Shown here one piece after another: positions 1-9,138 of a stretch of 34,636 bases of DNA. Each line of letters opens with the position of its first letter. Position 1 is the first letter of the stretch. The position numbers were made by a program, and so were the translations under genes. Source of the DNA: Cloacimonetes bacterium TCS62 (GTDB taxonomy: Bacteria > Cloacimonadota > Cloacimonadia > Cloacimonadales > TCS61); the NCBI GenBank assembly GCA_001577185.1, contig LSCM01000001.1, positions 1 to 34,636 of the forward strand, given 5' to 3'. The notes beneath the pieces are model-generated. The model saw only the letters and a program-made list of their open reading frames with translations. It was not told the DNA's origin and made no database searches.

Positions 1-55
1 AACCCCTGACCGTCCGGTTATGAGCCGGAAGCTCTACCAACTGAGCTATAGGCCC
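1..55 (-). tRNA. tRNA with CAT anticodon (elongator tRNA-Met or lysidine-type tRNA-Ile2); 3' part cut off by the window edge
   Basis: Reverse complement of 1-55 reads GGGCCTA-TA-GCTC-AGTTGGTA-GAGC-T-TCCGG-CTCATAA-CCGGA-CGGTC-AGGGGTT. That gives an acceptor arm, D arm, anticodon stem-loop with CAT, variable loop and the start of the T arm. The anticodon stem lacks the three consecutive G:C pairs typical of initiator tRNA. Confidence 0.85.
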
Positions 56-107
56 TGATTTTCAAGATTGTTAAAACTAATTTTAGCGCTCAGATGTCAA
101 GATTTTC

Positions 108-1853
108 CTATTCTTTCACATTAAAATTATCAATAAATTCTTGTAATATGTTACTTCTAGTAGGATGACGTAATTTGATCAGAGCTTTTTCTTCTATTTG
201 TCTAATACGTTCTCTAGTTACTCCGAATATATTACCAACTTCTTCTAAAGTTCTATGGTAACCATCATCAATGCCAAACCGTAATCTAATAACTCTTTCT
301 TCTCTTGATGATAAAGTTTGTAATACTGCATCGACTTGTTTTTCTAATAAACTTCTTTCTGCAGTTCTTTCAGGAGTTATAGTACCTTTATCCTCGATAA
401 AATCTCCAAGTAAACTATCTTCGTCATCATCTCCTATCGGTTTATCCAAAGATACCGGTTCTTTTGTAATGGAAAGGATGCTCTTAACTTTATCAACTGT
501 CAGATCCATTCTGTTCGCAATTTCTTCAGGATATGGTTCACGACCCAACTCTTGTAACAATTTTCTGCTTACTCGTTTAACTTTATTGATTGCTTCGATC
601 ATATGGACCGGTATACGGATAGTTCGAGCTTGATCAGCAATAGCACGAGTAATTGCTTGTCTGATCCACCAAGTTGCATAAGTGCTAAATTTAAATCCTT
701 TCCGATAATCATATTTTTCCACTGCCCGCATTAGCCCAGTATTACCTTCTTGAATGAGATCTAAAAAGTCCAACCCACGATTATTATAACGTTTTGCAAT
801 ACTAACAACCAAACGAACATTAGCTTCTATCATATCATTTTTCGATCTTTCCTTCATCTTTTCACCACGTTCAATCTCTTCCAGAAGGTCGATCATTTCA
901 TCAGCTGTCATTTTCGTTTCGAGTTCAACCCTACGAATTTTTCTTCGGGCGTTCTTAATTTTACGTAAAGTCTCTATGAATACACTTGGCTCGATATTTG
1001 TCTCATCGTAAACTTCTTTATATTCTTCATCAGATTTGTTTGCTTTTCTACCGTAAGTACAAATTTCATCTATGGAATATTGTCTTATTTTAGAAAGATG
1101 TTTGATAATTTTCTTACTGCTTTTGATTCTATCAGCCAAACTCCTAATTCTATAAACCATACGTTTAAGAAGTTTTTCATTATATTTTAGATCATTGAAC
1201 AATTCAACCATATCTTGGCGTTTGATCTCGATCTCTTCATTATCAATAGGAATTCCATTAGCATCAAGATCGCTATCATCAACCATTTCCCCGATTTCAT
1301 TAAATAGTTGATCAGCTTTTTTAATAACTTGCTCAAATTTATTTATTAAGGTAGATTCCTGAGCTTTATCCATCCACGTTCCATATTCAATTTTAAATAT
1401 ATGATCTATTTTTACACGTTTCTCTTTGTAACGATGATGGAAATTTTTCATTTCTCGAAGTGTACTACCACTCATGAAGACATATTTATTAATATATTTC
1501 TGACCATTTTCGATCTTTTTTGCAATGCGTACTTCACCTTCTCTATCTAAAAGCGGAACTCTTCCCATTTCACCTAAGTACATTCTCACAGGATCATCAT
1601 AGTAGCGTTTATTTCTGAATTTTTTTGTAACACGAGATCTTTTAACAGAGACTTTTCTTTTCGTTACTCTTTTTTGCGATTCATCGATTAGATCTATTCC
1701 TTTTTCAGAAATTTCCTCTATGATATCTTCGATTTTATCAAGAAAGATGGGATTATTAGGTAACACATTATTTATCTGCTTAAATGTAAGCAAATTCTTA
1801 TTTCGTTTTCCCAGTTTGACTAATTTTTTAATACATTCATTGTAACTAAGCAT
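108..1853 (-). CDS. rpoD: RNA polymerase primary sigma factor (sigma-70 family, RpoD)
   Basis: Region 2 hallmark [67 protein letters not shown]. Region 4.2 HTH is [28 protein letters not shown]. The ORF track starts at GTG 1859, but the GGGAG Shine-Dalgarno sits 7 nt before ATG 1853 and only 1 nt before the GTG, so ATG 1853 is preferred. Confidence 0.95.
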   Translation of the reverse strand: MLSYNECIKKLVKLGKRNKNLLTFKQINNVLPNNPIFLDKIEDIIEEISEKGIDLIDESQKRVTKRKVSVKRSRVTKKFRNKRYYDDPVRMYLGEMGRVPLLDREGEVRIAKKIENGQKYINKYVFMSGSTLREMKNFHHRYKEKRVKIDHIFKIEYGTWMDKAQESTLINKFEQVIKKADQLFNEIGEMVDDSDLDANGIPIDNEEIEIKRQDMVELFNDLKYNEKLLKRMVYRIRSLADRIKSSKKIIKHLSKIRQYSIDEICTYGRKANKSDEEYKEVYDETNIEPSVFIETLRKIKNARRKIRRVELETKMTADEMIDLLEEIERGEKMKERSKNDMIEANVRLVVSIAKRYNNRGLDFLDLIQEGNTGLMRAVEKYDYRKGFKFSTYATWWIRQAITRAIADQARTIRIPVHMIEAINKVKRVSRKLLQELGREPYPEEIANRMDLTVDKVKSILSITKEPVSLDKPIGDDDEDSLLGDFIEDKGTITPERTAERSLLEKQVDAVLQTLSSREERVIRLRFGIDDGYHRTLEEVGNIFGVTRERIRQIEEKALIKLRHPTRSNILQEFIDNFNVKE

Positions 1854-1862
1854 TGACACTCC

Positions 1863-3569
1863 CTAATACAACGTTTTACTTACCACTTTTTTATTCAATT
1901 TTATTATCTCTTTTTTAATCTGATCTTTCTTTTTATAATATTCATCATTATCTTTATCTTGCTGAATTTTCTGATTTATTTTTTGAAGGTTTATATGTAA
2001 TTTTCTTATTTTTAAACCATTGATCATATCGTCAGCATCAGATATCTGTGATTCCTGTAATATGAATTCAGCTAAAGTGTTTTGGGTCTTTTCATCATCA
2101 ACTTTATCTAAAAGTACTGACATATTATCCATATAATTATTATTTTTCATTAAATATTCAAAGACATCCTTATGAATTTCTTTTAAAAAGTAAGTAGAAT
2201 CTATCTCTTGTGCAACTTTTTTATGATTTAATCTGTTATTCACAAGAGCGATCAGGAAATTTTTTTCCTCTTCATATTTCGCTAAATCTGTGTTTTCTTC
2301 ATTAGTCCGAGTCGATCTGATCGGATACTTTTTTTTCAGTTTAGAAAATATTGCTTTCTGAGATACACCGAAAACTTCGGAGATCTCTTTGATAAACAAT
2401 TCTTTTGAAATCTCATCTTGATAATCATTAAGAATCCCGATCAAGCTAGATAATTTTGTTTTCGTATTCAATCCAAGGACTGCATCATCATTTAAGAACC
2501 TAGATAGAGACTTTGCTTCTGCGATCTTTTTTTCCAGTTCTTTTTTACCGTGGGAAAGTAAAAAGTTATCAGGATCTTCATCTTCATTGAACAAAACGAT
2601 CTTAACGGAATAACCAAATTTAGAAATATTTGCCGCAGCTCTTAAGGCTGCTTTTTTCCCAGCTTTATCACCATCATAAAGGATGTAAAAATTTTTAGTG
2701 AATCGACTGACTAACTTGATCTGATCATCTGTCAAAGATGTCCCTAATGACGCTACTGCATTCTTAAACCCACTTTCATATAATCTTAGAAAATCTGTAT
2801 AACCTTCGCAGATCAAAACATTATCTTTCTTAGAAACCTCATATTTGGTAACATTAAATCCATACAGTTCAGAACCTTTCTTATAAATAACTGTTGTTGG
2901 AGAGTTAACATATTTTCCCCCTGGTTGATCTTTGTGTAAAACTCTACCTCCAAAGGCAACAACTCTACCCGAATGATCATGAATGGGAAACATTAATCTA
3001 TTCCTAAAAAGATCTTTATTATTCGAAGTAAACAAACCTGTTTCCTTAAGAATTTTACTATTGATCTGATTTTTTATCAAAAAATTCTTTAGGCCTGCAT
3101 AGCTATTTAAAGCATATCCAATTTGAAACTTGTCAATAGTTTGGGTAGAAATTTTTCTATCCTTCAAATATTCTAAAGTTTGATCACCATAGTCTTTCAA
3201 ATTTTTCTGATAGAATCCAACTGATAATGAATATATTTTATAAATCAGATCTCGCTTAGATCTCTTTTTTTTACTAACTTTTGTCTCTTTAACAGATATC
3301 CCCGCACGTTTTGCTAGTTTTTTTAGCGCTTCAAAAAAGGAGATCTTTTCATAATCCCGAACAAAAGTTATCACATTACCACCTTTTCCACATCCAAAAC
3401 ATTTGAAAATTTGTTTTTTCTCACTAACAATAAAAGAAGCTGTTTTCTCATCATGAAATGGACAGCGAGTTTTAAAATTACTTCCCGATTTCTTTAGAGG
3501 AAAATAATTACTTATTACATCGACAATATTATTTTTTTCTAAAATTTCATCAATCTTCTGCTGTTCCAT
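1863..3569 (-). CDS. dnaG: DNA primase
   Basis: N-terminal zinc-binding motif CPFHDEKTASF...CFGCGKGGNVITF. TOPRIM-type motifs LICEGYTDFL and YILYDGDKAGKKA. Sits directly upstream of rpoD, as in the classical rpsU-dnaG-rpoD arrangement. Confidence 0.93.
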   Translation of the reverse strand: MEQQKIDEILEKNNIVDVISNYFPLKKSGSNFKTRCPFHDEKTASFIVSEKKQIFKCFGCGKGGNVITFVRDYEKISFFEALKKLAKRAGISVKETKVSKKKRSKRDLIYKIYSLSVGFYQKNLKDYGDQTLEYLKDRKISTQTIDKFQIGYALNSYAGLKNFLIKNQINSKILKETGLFTSNNKDLFRNRLMFPIHDHSGRVVAFGGRVLHKDQPGGKYVNSPTTVIYKKGSELYGFNVTKYEVSKKDNVLICEGYTDFLRLYESGFKNAVASLGTSLTDDQIKLVSRFTKNFYILYDGDKAGKKAALRAAANISKFGYSVKIVLFNEDEDPDNFLLSHGKKELEKKIAEAKSLSRFLNDDAVLGLNTKTKLSSLIGILNDYQDEISKELFIKEISEVFGVSQKAIFSKLKKKYPIRSTRTNEENTDLAKYEEEKNFLIALVNNRLNHKKVAQEIDSTYFLKEIHKDVFEYLMKNNNYMDNMSVLLDKVDDEKTQNTLAEFILQESQISDADDMINGLKIRKLHINLQKINQKIQQDKDNDEYYKKKDQIKKEIIKLNKKVVSKTLY

Positions 3570-3580
3570 AATTATCTTTT

Positions 3581-3928
3581 CTAAACTTCCTTTTTCGTTG
3601 AGAATTTTGTAGCTACCATATCAATTATTGAGCCATAAATGATTCCAGCGATCACCATAATTAAAAAACCTGCTATACCTTCTCCCAGAGTAGATATGCC
3701 TACTTCTAAGCTAATTATTGCACCAAAGATCGCTCCTCGCAGAAGAGCTGGTATTTTAATATGTTCAGCTAATCCAACAACTAGTCCGATAACTACTCTA
3801 TTAAAACCGATAGCAATCAAGATAGGTAATGCTAAATTCAAGTCTGGTTGTGATGCACTTCCTAAGGCGCAAATCACACCAAATACCGTTCCTAAAATAA
3901 GTGAAATGATCATCCTCTTAATATTCAT
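3581..3928 (-). CDS. small polytopic membrane protein (about 4 predicted TM segments), unknown function
   Basis: 115-aa ORF, almost entirely hydrophobic and Gly/Ala/Ile rich. It is packed 8 nt from mutS2 and 11 nt from dnaG. The two halves share the pattern L-x-x-G-x-x-F-G-x-I-x-x-L. The overlapping plus-strand ORF 3639-3947 is judged a shadow frame. Confidence 0.6.
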   Translation of the reverse strand: MNIKRMIISLILGTVFGVICALGSASQPDLNLALPILIAIGFNRVVIGLVVGLAEHIKIPALLRGAIFGAIISLEVGISTLGEGIAGFLIMVIAGIIYGSIIDMVATKFSTKKEV

Positions 3929-3936
3929 TAATGCTC

Positions 3937-6276
3937 CTAATTTTTGAACGTTACGACTGTTACTCCGTTACCACCGGCTTCAGGTGGTGGAGCTGCAAAT
4001 TTTTCAATTTTTTTGTTCGATCGCAAGTAATGTCTAATTTTACGTCTTAGAGCACCAGTTCCTTTCCCGTGGATTATGCGAACATTATTTAAACCCGACA
4101 ATAATGCTTTATCAAGAAATTTTTCAAGTTCGGGTAATGCTTCTTCAAACCGATAACCTAACAACTTCAACTCCATTTTTGCTTTAGTTTTTGGGATATT
4201 GATCTTTTTCTGGTCGTAAGATCTTTTATTCTGTTCTGTTTGAAATAGGTTCCTTTTAGTTGTTGTAAAATAAATACCATTCATATCAACCTTTATTCCA
4301 CTATTGGTTATTTCCACTACCTCACCTTCAGATTGAAAATCCTTTAACCAAACATATTGGCCGACATCGATTTCTTCTACAGGTTTTCTTTTATCATCTT
4401 CCAACTTTTCTTCTTGAATTTTAATTTCTTTATTTTTTTTGTTAACTTTCTTAAAAGATCTCTCAAGTAATTGTTTTTTCCTTTTTTTATCCTCTTTTTT
4501 GATATCTTCAATTTCCTGATTAAGCTCTTTTTGTAAAGTAGTTAGAAAATCCCTAGCATCTCTCATTGATCTTTTCTTAATATTTTTTGCATCTTTTTTT
4601 TGCATCTCTATATTTTCATCATATTCACTAATTTTTTGTTTGAGCAAAGCTGTTTTTAATTTTTGTTGATAATTTTGTCTTGCAAGTTCTTTTTTCTCTT
4701 CACTCATTTTTTTTATTAGCTCAGTTAATTCAATATTCTGATCTCCGGCTAAATCCTTAGCGCGCTCTATCAAACTCGATGTTATACCTAATTTGGATGC
4801 AACTTCAATAGCGAAACTGTTCCCTGGAAGTCCCAACTTGAATTGATAAGTTGGAATGTGTTTGGTAGGATCAAACTGCATTGCGGCATTTTTACACGTA
4901 TCATTTTTTTCAGCAAAGACTTTTAGGGCTGTGTAATGTGTCGTGATCACACCTGTTACTTCTTTTTGTGTAATATTTTCAAGTATTGCTTGTGCAAGTG
5001 CAGAACCTTGTTCAGGATCTGTAGCAGCTCCAATTTCATCTATCAAAATTAAAGACTCAGAATTCCCATTTTCAACCATCTGTTTAATATTACTCATATG
5101 AGAAGAAAAAGTACTCAAAGCATTTTCTAAAGATTGATAATCACCGATATCAGCAAAAATATTCCTGAAGATTCCAATTTTACTATTCTCACTTGCCGGA
5201 ATTGGTAAACCGGATAAAGCCATCAAAGTTAAAAGTCCTACAGTCTTTAAGGTAACTGTTTTACCACCCGTATTTGGTCCTGATATTAAAAGTAATTTAT
5301 AATCTTTACCTAATTCTAAACTGAACGGTATTACTTTTTTACTATCTCTCATTGTAATCAACAAAAGAGGATGTTTAGCATCAATTAGATTGATATAAGG
5401 TCTTTCAATTATTTTTGGGATTTCACAATTCAATCTATTTGAAAATCTGGCAACTGCAAAATAAAAATCTAATTTCGCAAGAATTTTTGTGTTAGCAGTT
5501 AACTCTTCTGATGATTCCTGTAACCATTCTGTATATTCTTTCTTTATCTTAAATATTTCCTGCTTTTCTTCAGTAGATATCAAATCTAATTCATTATTAG
5601 TTCCTACTGTCTCTTCTGGTTCAATGAAGACCGAAGACTTACTTCCAGATCGTCCATGAATTATACAGTTTACGAAAGAAGTTGCACCTTCTTTTACAGG
5701 AATCACAAATCGACCATCTCTTTGTGTGATTATCTCATCATGGAGAAAATTCTTCTTCTTCATATCTTTCATGATAATATTCAATTCAGATACAATATTT
5801 TTTCTTAATTGTTTTTTCCTGCGGCGAATAGAAGCTAATTCTGATGATGCAGAATCTTTTACCTTACCTTCTGGAGTAAAAATTGAAGTAAATCTTATCT
5901 CCTGCTGCGGTAATTTTACAAGTTGGTTGATCAAAATAACATATAAAGGAAATTCCCCAGGTTCATCGAGTTCGATTTCAATTTTATTTGCAGCATTAAT
6001 ATTGTAGTATATTTTTTTGAATTCTTCAAAATTGTAGGTTTGATGTTTAAAATTATTGAGAAGATCACTAATTTCTGTTACGTTCTCAAAATTGTAAGAT
6101 AATCCATTTTTCAAAAGAACTTGTAACTCAGCTGATAAATTAAGTTTATCATCAATTTTTTCTTTTTCTTTTAAAGGTTTAATTTGATCAGCTAGATCTT
6201 TCCCTAAAGGGGATTGACAATCAGTTATTATTTTTTCCCTAATTTTATTGAACTCAAGTTGATGATATGAATCCAT
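3937..6276 (-). CDS. mutS2: endonuclease MutS2 (MutS family ATPase with C-terminal Smr domain)
   Basis: Walker A ISGPNTGGKTV and Walker B LILIDEIGAATDPEQG. Long Lys/Glu-rich coiled-coil region. C-terminal Smr motif RIIHGKGTGALRRKI. Confidence 0.93.
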   Translation of the reverse strand: MDSYHQLEFNKIREKIITDCQSPLGKDLADQIKPLKEKEKIDDKLNLSAELQVLLKNGLSYNFENVTEISDLLNNFKHQTYNFEEFKKIYYNINAANKIEIELDEPGEFPLYVILINQLVKLPQQEIRFTSIFTPEGKVKDSASSELASIRRRKKQLRKNIVSELNIIMKDMKKKNFLHDEIITQRDGRFVIPVKEGATSFVNCIIHGRSGSKSSVFIEPEETVGTNNELDLISTEEKQEIFKIKKEYTEWLQESSEELTANTKILAKLDFYFAVARFSNRLNCEIPKIIERPYINLIDAKHPLLLITMRDSKKVIPFSLELGKDYKLLLISGPNTGGKTVTLKTVGLLTLMALSGLPIPASENSKIGIFRNIFADIGDYQSLENALSTFSSHMSNIKQMVENGNSESLILIDEIGAATDPEQGSALAQAILENITQKEVTGVITTHYTALKVFAEKNDTCKNAAMQFDPTKHIPTYQFKLGLPGNSFAIEVASKLGITSSLIERAKDLAGDQNIELTELIKKMSEEKKELARQNYQQKLKTALLKQKISEYDENIEMQKKDAKNIKKRSMRDARDFLTTLQKELNQEIEDIKKEDKKRKKQLLERSFKKVNKKNKEIKIQEEKLEDDKRKPVEEIDVGQYVWLKDFQSEGEVVEITNSGIKVDMNGIYFTTTKRNLFQTEQNKRSYDQKKINIPKTKAKMELKLLGYRFEEALPELEKFLDKALLSGLNNVRIIHGKGTGALRRKIRHYLRSNKKIEKFAAPPPEAGGNGVTVVTFKN

Positions 6277-6279
6277 TAA

Positions 6280-6858
6280 TTATTTCGTTTTTTCCTTAAT
6301 TTTCTCTTTAGCTTTATCAGTTGATTCATTAACCATCTTTTTGATCTCTTCAACTTTTTTACCTAACTTTCCATGTTTATCAAATAAGTTTGGAAAATCT
6401 ATTTTAACTAATTCGGTAGATTCCTTAACATAGTAGACTATCTTTGAGTGTGAGACATAATCCGAAATTTGCTTTGAATAGGGGACCATATTAATTAATG
6501 CTAATAAAATAGCAATGATAAGAAAGCCATTGAAAAGTCCAAATAACATACCAAGTAATTTATTTAGCCATTCAAGATTCATTATATCCACAATTGAATG
6601 AAGAATTTTAATTATAATGCGAATAATAATAAAAATTCCCAGAGCAATTAGGATGTAAGAACCTATCATTGCAATAATCTCACTTAATCCGTATTTTGTA
6701 ATCAGTAGCTGCTTAACAACATAGCCGAATTTTGTAATGAAAATGATGATAACAAGCAATCCAATAAGGTTGATCACACTTTTTATAAAACCTTTACGCA
6801 ATCCTTTAAATATCAAGAAAAGTAAAAAAACACCCAAAATAATATCTAGAATATTCAT
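6280..6858 (-). CDS. cvpA: CvpA-family integral membrane protein
   Basis: 192 aa with four or so TM helices. The N-terminus NILDIILGVFLLFLIFKGLRKGFIKS is typical of CvpA. cvpA-mutS2 adjacency is a known conserved pairing in Firmicutes-type genomes. Confidence 0.75.
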   Translation of the reverse strand: MNILDIILGVFLLFLIFKGLRKGFIKSVINLIGLLVIIIFITKFGYVVKQLLITKYGLSEIIAMIGSYILIALGIFIIIRIIIKILHSIVDIMNLEWLNKLLGMLFGLFNGFLIIAILLALINMVPYSKQISDYVSHSKIVYYVKESTELVKIDFPNLFDKHGKLGKKVEEIKKMVNESTDKAKEKIKEKTK

Positions 6859-6884
6859 AGTAATCCTTACGTTTCATTTAATTA

Positions 6885-6910
6885 AAAATGGGGAGATTTC
6901 TCCCCATTTT
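6885..6910 (-). terminator. intrinsic-terminator-like hairpin between rpsU and cvpA
   Basis: Perfect 10-bp stem AAAATGGGGA (6885-6894) / TCCCCATTTT (6901-6910) with a 6-nt loop. On the minus strand the GGGGA/TCCCC core is followed by ATTTTTAATT. It lies about 170 nt after the rpsU stop and only about 26 nt before the cvpA start codon. Confidence 0.65.
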
Positions 6911-7076
6911 GGTATATTATGGAAAATGATCAATAATTCTTCAAAATCTAAAGAACTTATTCACTTATGATCTTAACAAAAAAATTGGTGATGTAAATTT
7001 TCTTTACCTTTTTTCATATTTAAATTTAAGATCTTGAAATTACATGATCAATTTTTCTATCTTTTTTTCAACATAT

Positions 7077-7283
7077 TTATCTGTTATATCGTTTACGTTT
7101 CCTCATCAGCTTAATATGTTTTCTCTCTGCTTCTTTCTTCTCTCTTCTACGTTTTACAGCTGGTTTTTCATAATATTTATTTTTTTTTATATCTGAAAGA
7201 AGACCTGATCTTTCACAGGATTTCTTAAATTTTTTCAATAAAACGTGAAAAGATTCTCCATTTCTTGATTTGATTATTGGCAC
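7077..7283 (-). CDS. rpsU: 30S ribosomal protein S21
   Basis: 68-aa highly basic protein (MPIIKSRNGESFHVLLKKFKKSCERSGLLSDIKKNKYYEKPAVKRRREKK...). GTG start preceded by GGGAGGTG. Confidence 0.9.
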   Translation of the reverse strand: MPIIKSRNGESFHVLLKKFKKSCERSGLLSDIKKNKYYEKPAVKRRREKKEAERKHIKLMRKRKRYNR

Positions 7284-7548
7284 TAAAATTCACCTCCCTT
7301 ATTGAATTCCTTACCAAGATTTTTCTATCCGCTTTTTTGTCAACCCAAAAAAAAGTCTGTAATTGTCTAAATGCAGAATGATTTACAATAATCATTATCG
7401 ATCTTTTTTCGTGGTGTTCGCATTATAATTTAATTACTCAGTATTGTAAAAATTTGTAAAATCACACTTAATTCAAAAAGCCATTGACACCAATGCTAAA
7501 ATTTTAGAAAAGAGTTACGAAAATAAATAGAAATATTGGAGCTTTTTT

Positions 7549-8793
7549 ATGTCAGAAAAACTTGTTTATGGAGATGTTGGAAGTGAAAAAGCAATGGACT
7601 TCGAAAAGACTTATGGTGCCCACAATTATCATCCACTTCCAGTTGTAATTGCAAAAGGAAAGGGAACAAAAGTATGGGATCCTGAAGGTAAAGAATATTT
7701 TGATTTTTTATCCGCATATTCTGCTGTAAATCAAGGTCATTGCCATCCTAAGATCATTGATGCATTAATTGAGCAAGCAAAGACATTAACGTTAACTTCA
7801 CGAGCATTTTATAATAATAAATTAGGAAAATATGAAAAATTCATCACTGATTTCTTTGGATACGATATGGTTCTCCCAATGAATACAGGTGCTGAAGCTG
7901 TTGAAACTGCCATGAAATTATCTCGCAAATGGGGATATGAGGTAAAAGGTATTAAACCAAACAAGGCAATTATAATTGTGGCTAAAGGAAACTTCCATGG
8001 TAGAACTCTGGGTATCATTTCAGCTTCAACAGATCCAGTTGCCTACCATAATTACGGCCCCTTTCTACCAGGAATTATGAAAATTCCCTATAATGATACA
8101 GCTGCTTTGCAAAGAATTTTGGAAAAACATGGAGAGAATGTTTGTGCATTTATGGTCGAACCAATTCAAGGCGAAGCAGGAGTTTATGTTCCAAATGATG
8201 GATATTTAAAACAATGCTATGAAATTTGTGGGAATTATAATGTGCTTTTAGTAGCTGATGAAGTTCAAACTGGAATTGGTCGTACTGGTGAATTATTGTG
8301 CAGTGATTATGATCAGATCAAACCCGATATTGTGATATTAGGTAAAGCTCTCTCAGGTGGTGTGCTTCCAATTTCAGCTGTTCTATCAAGTAAAGAAATT
8401 ATGATGGTGATTAAGCCAGGCCAACATGGTTCTACTTTTGGAGGATTTCCACTAGCTTGTGCTGTTGCAAAGGCTTCTTTAGAAGTTGTTCAAGATGAAA
8501 ATTTAGCTGAAAAAGCAAAAAAATTGGGAAAAATATTTAGAGAAGAATTAGAAAAATTTCAAACTCCTATGATCTCAGTTGTAAGAGGAAAAGGACTTTT
8601 GAATGCAATTGTAATAAAAGCTCACGAGGGAATTGATGCTTGGGAAATTTGTTTGAAGTTAAAAGAAAATGGTTTACTAGCTAAACAAACTCATCAACAT
8701 ATCATAAGGTTTGCTCCTCCACTTGTTATTACTGAAGAAGAATTGATGGAGAGTGTTAATATTATCAGAAAAACTTTTGAAGAATTAAAATAA
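7549..8793 (+). CDS. rocD: ornithine--oxo-acid aminotransferase (class-III PLP aminotransferase)
   Basis: [48 protein letters not shown] is characteristic of ornithine aminotransferases. Also [14 protein letters not shown], and the PLP-lysine context [12 protein letters not shown]. Confidence 0.85.
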   Translation: MSEKLVYGDVGSEKAMDFEKTYGAHNYHPLPVVIAKGKGTKVWDPEGKEYFDFLSAYSAVNQGHCHPKIIDALIEQAKTLTLTSRAFYNNKLGKYEKFITDFFGYDMVLPMNTGAEAVETAMKLSRKWGYEVKGIKPNKAIIIVAKGNFHGRTLGIISASTDPVAYHNYGPFLPGIMKIPYNDTAALQRILEKHGENVCAFMVEPIQGEAGVYVPNDGYLKQCYEICGNYNVLLVADEVQTGIGRTGELLCSDYDQIKPDIVILGKALSGGVLPISAVLSSKEIMMVIKPGQHGSTFGGFPLACAVAKASLEVVQDENLAEKAKKLGKIFREELEKFQTPMISVVRGKGLLNAIVIKAHEGIDAWEICLKLKENGLLAKQTHQHIIRFAPPLVITEEELMESVNIIRKTFEELK

Positions 8794-8823
8794 TTTACAG
8801 TTAAGATCTAGGTTTATATTATA

Positions 8824-8860
8824 AGCCACCCTGACTGTTAATAGGGTGGCTTTGTCTTAT
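8824..8860 (+). terminator. intrinsic terminator of rocD
   Basis: 9-bp stem AGCCACCCT (8824-8832) / AGGGTGGCT (8843-8851), 10-nt loop, followed by TTGTCTTATTTATTT. Confidence 0.75.
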
Positions 8861-8933
8861 TTATTTATGAGTTCTGCATAATTAGAGTGAAATAGTAGAT
8901 AAATCCAAAAATTACTCTTGACTCTGCCAAATT

Positions 8934-8962
8934 AAAACCGCTGATTTTCAGCGGTTTTTTTT
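8934..8962. terminator. second, bidirectional-looking intrinsic terminator hairpin
   Basis: Stem AAAACCGCTGA (8934-8944) / TCAGCGGTTTT (8948-8958) with GC core CCGCTGA/TCAGCGG. The plus strand continues with a run of 8 T. The minus strand continues TTTTAATTT. No annotated gene ends here. Confidence 0.6.
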
Positions 8963-9015
8963 GCAAAAGTGCCCCGTCCTGAAATAGGTTGACAAAAACC
9001 TAAACTAGAGATGTG

Positions 9016-9138
9016 AACCCAGTGAAATATTCTCGTTCCTCGAATTTCACAGGTCAAGAATGAAAAAAGCAAAAAGATTAAAGGAAAAAGAAAAACCCAA
9101 TGAAATATTCTCGTTCCTCGAATTTCATAGGTCAAGAA
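9016..9138. repeat. two 45-bp direct repeats (period 78 bp), each with a GTGAAAT-N15-ATTTCAC dyad and a minus-strand TTGACC-N17-GAGAAT promoter-like signal
   Basis: 9016-9060 and 9094-9138 are identical at 43 of 45 positions. The two differences (9022 G vs 9100 A; 9050 C vs 9128 T) are the paired outer positions of the dyad. Minus-strand TTGACC lies at 9057-9052 and 9135-9130, and GAGAAT at 9034-9029 and 9112-9107. Confidence 0.9.

Noticed and set aside
271-633. Antisense or out-of-frame track ORFs
   Set aside because: These are 271-633, 3639-3947, 5726-6007, 6737-6970, 7809-8018, 10681-10884, 10762-11037, 12715-13080, 14737-15081, 15301-15567, 16313-16576, 16943-17314, 21357-21551, 22071-22262, 24148-24384, 28799-29041, 28929-29159, 29469-29836, 32195-32455, 32879-33319 and 33303-33521. 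Each is nested in, or overlaps extensively, a longer ORF with clear conserved motifs. They lack SD sequences and have composition typical of shadow frames.
7381-7399. Fur-box-like sequence ATTTACAATAATCATTATC with the palindrome ATAAT-C-ATTAT in the rpsU/rocD divergent region
   Set aside because: It matches 14 of 19 positions of GATAATGATAATCATTATC, but only the right half is good. AT-only palindromes of this size are expected by chance in such AT-rich intergenic DNA, and neither flanking gene is iron-related.
9022-9128. CsrB/RsmZ-like protein-sponge RNA (minus-strand hairpins with an AGGAA apical loop)
   Set aside because: There are only two GGA-loop hairpins, whereas known sponge RNAs carry many. 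No csrA or fliW context is visible in the window. It is kept only as a minor alternative under the repeat finding.
8932-9135. 67-aa minus-strand ORF from the track, with the internally repeated peptide EIRGTRIFHWV
   Set aside because: The repeated peptide is just the translation of the two 45-bp DNA repeats. There is no SD, the ORF starts inside one repeat and runs through a terminator hairpin, and the rest is low-complexity. I treat it as non-coding.
9016-9138. Possible mini CRISPR array (45-bp palindromic repeats, 33-bp spacer)
   Set aside because: There are only two repeats and no cas genes in the window. The spacer and the sequence after the second repeat resemble each other, which indicates tandem duplication and not acquired spacers. 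45 bp is also longer than typical CRISPR repeats.
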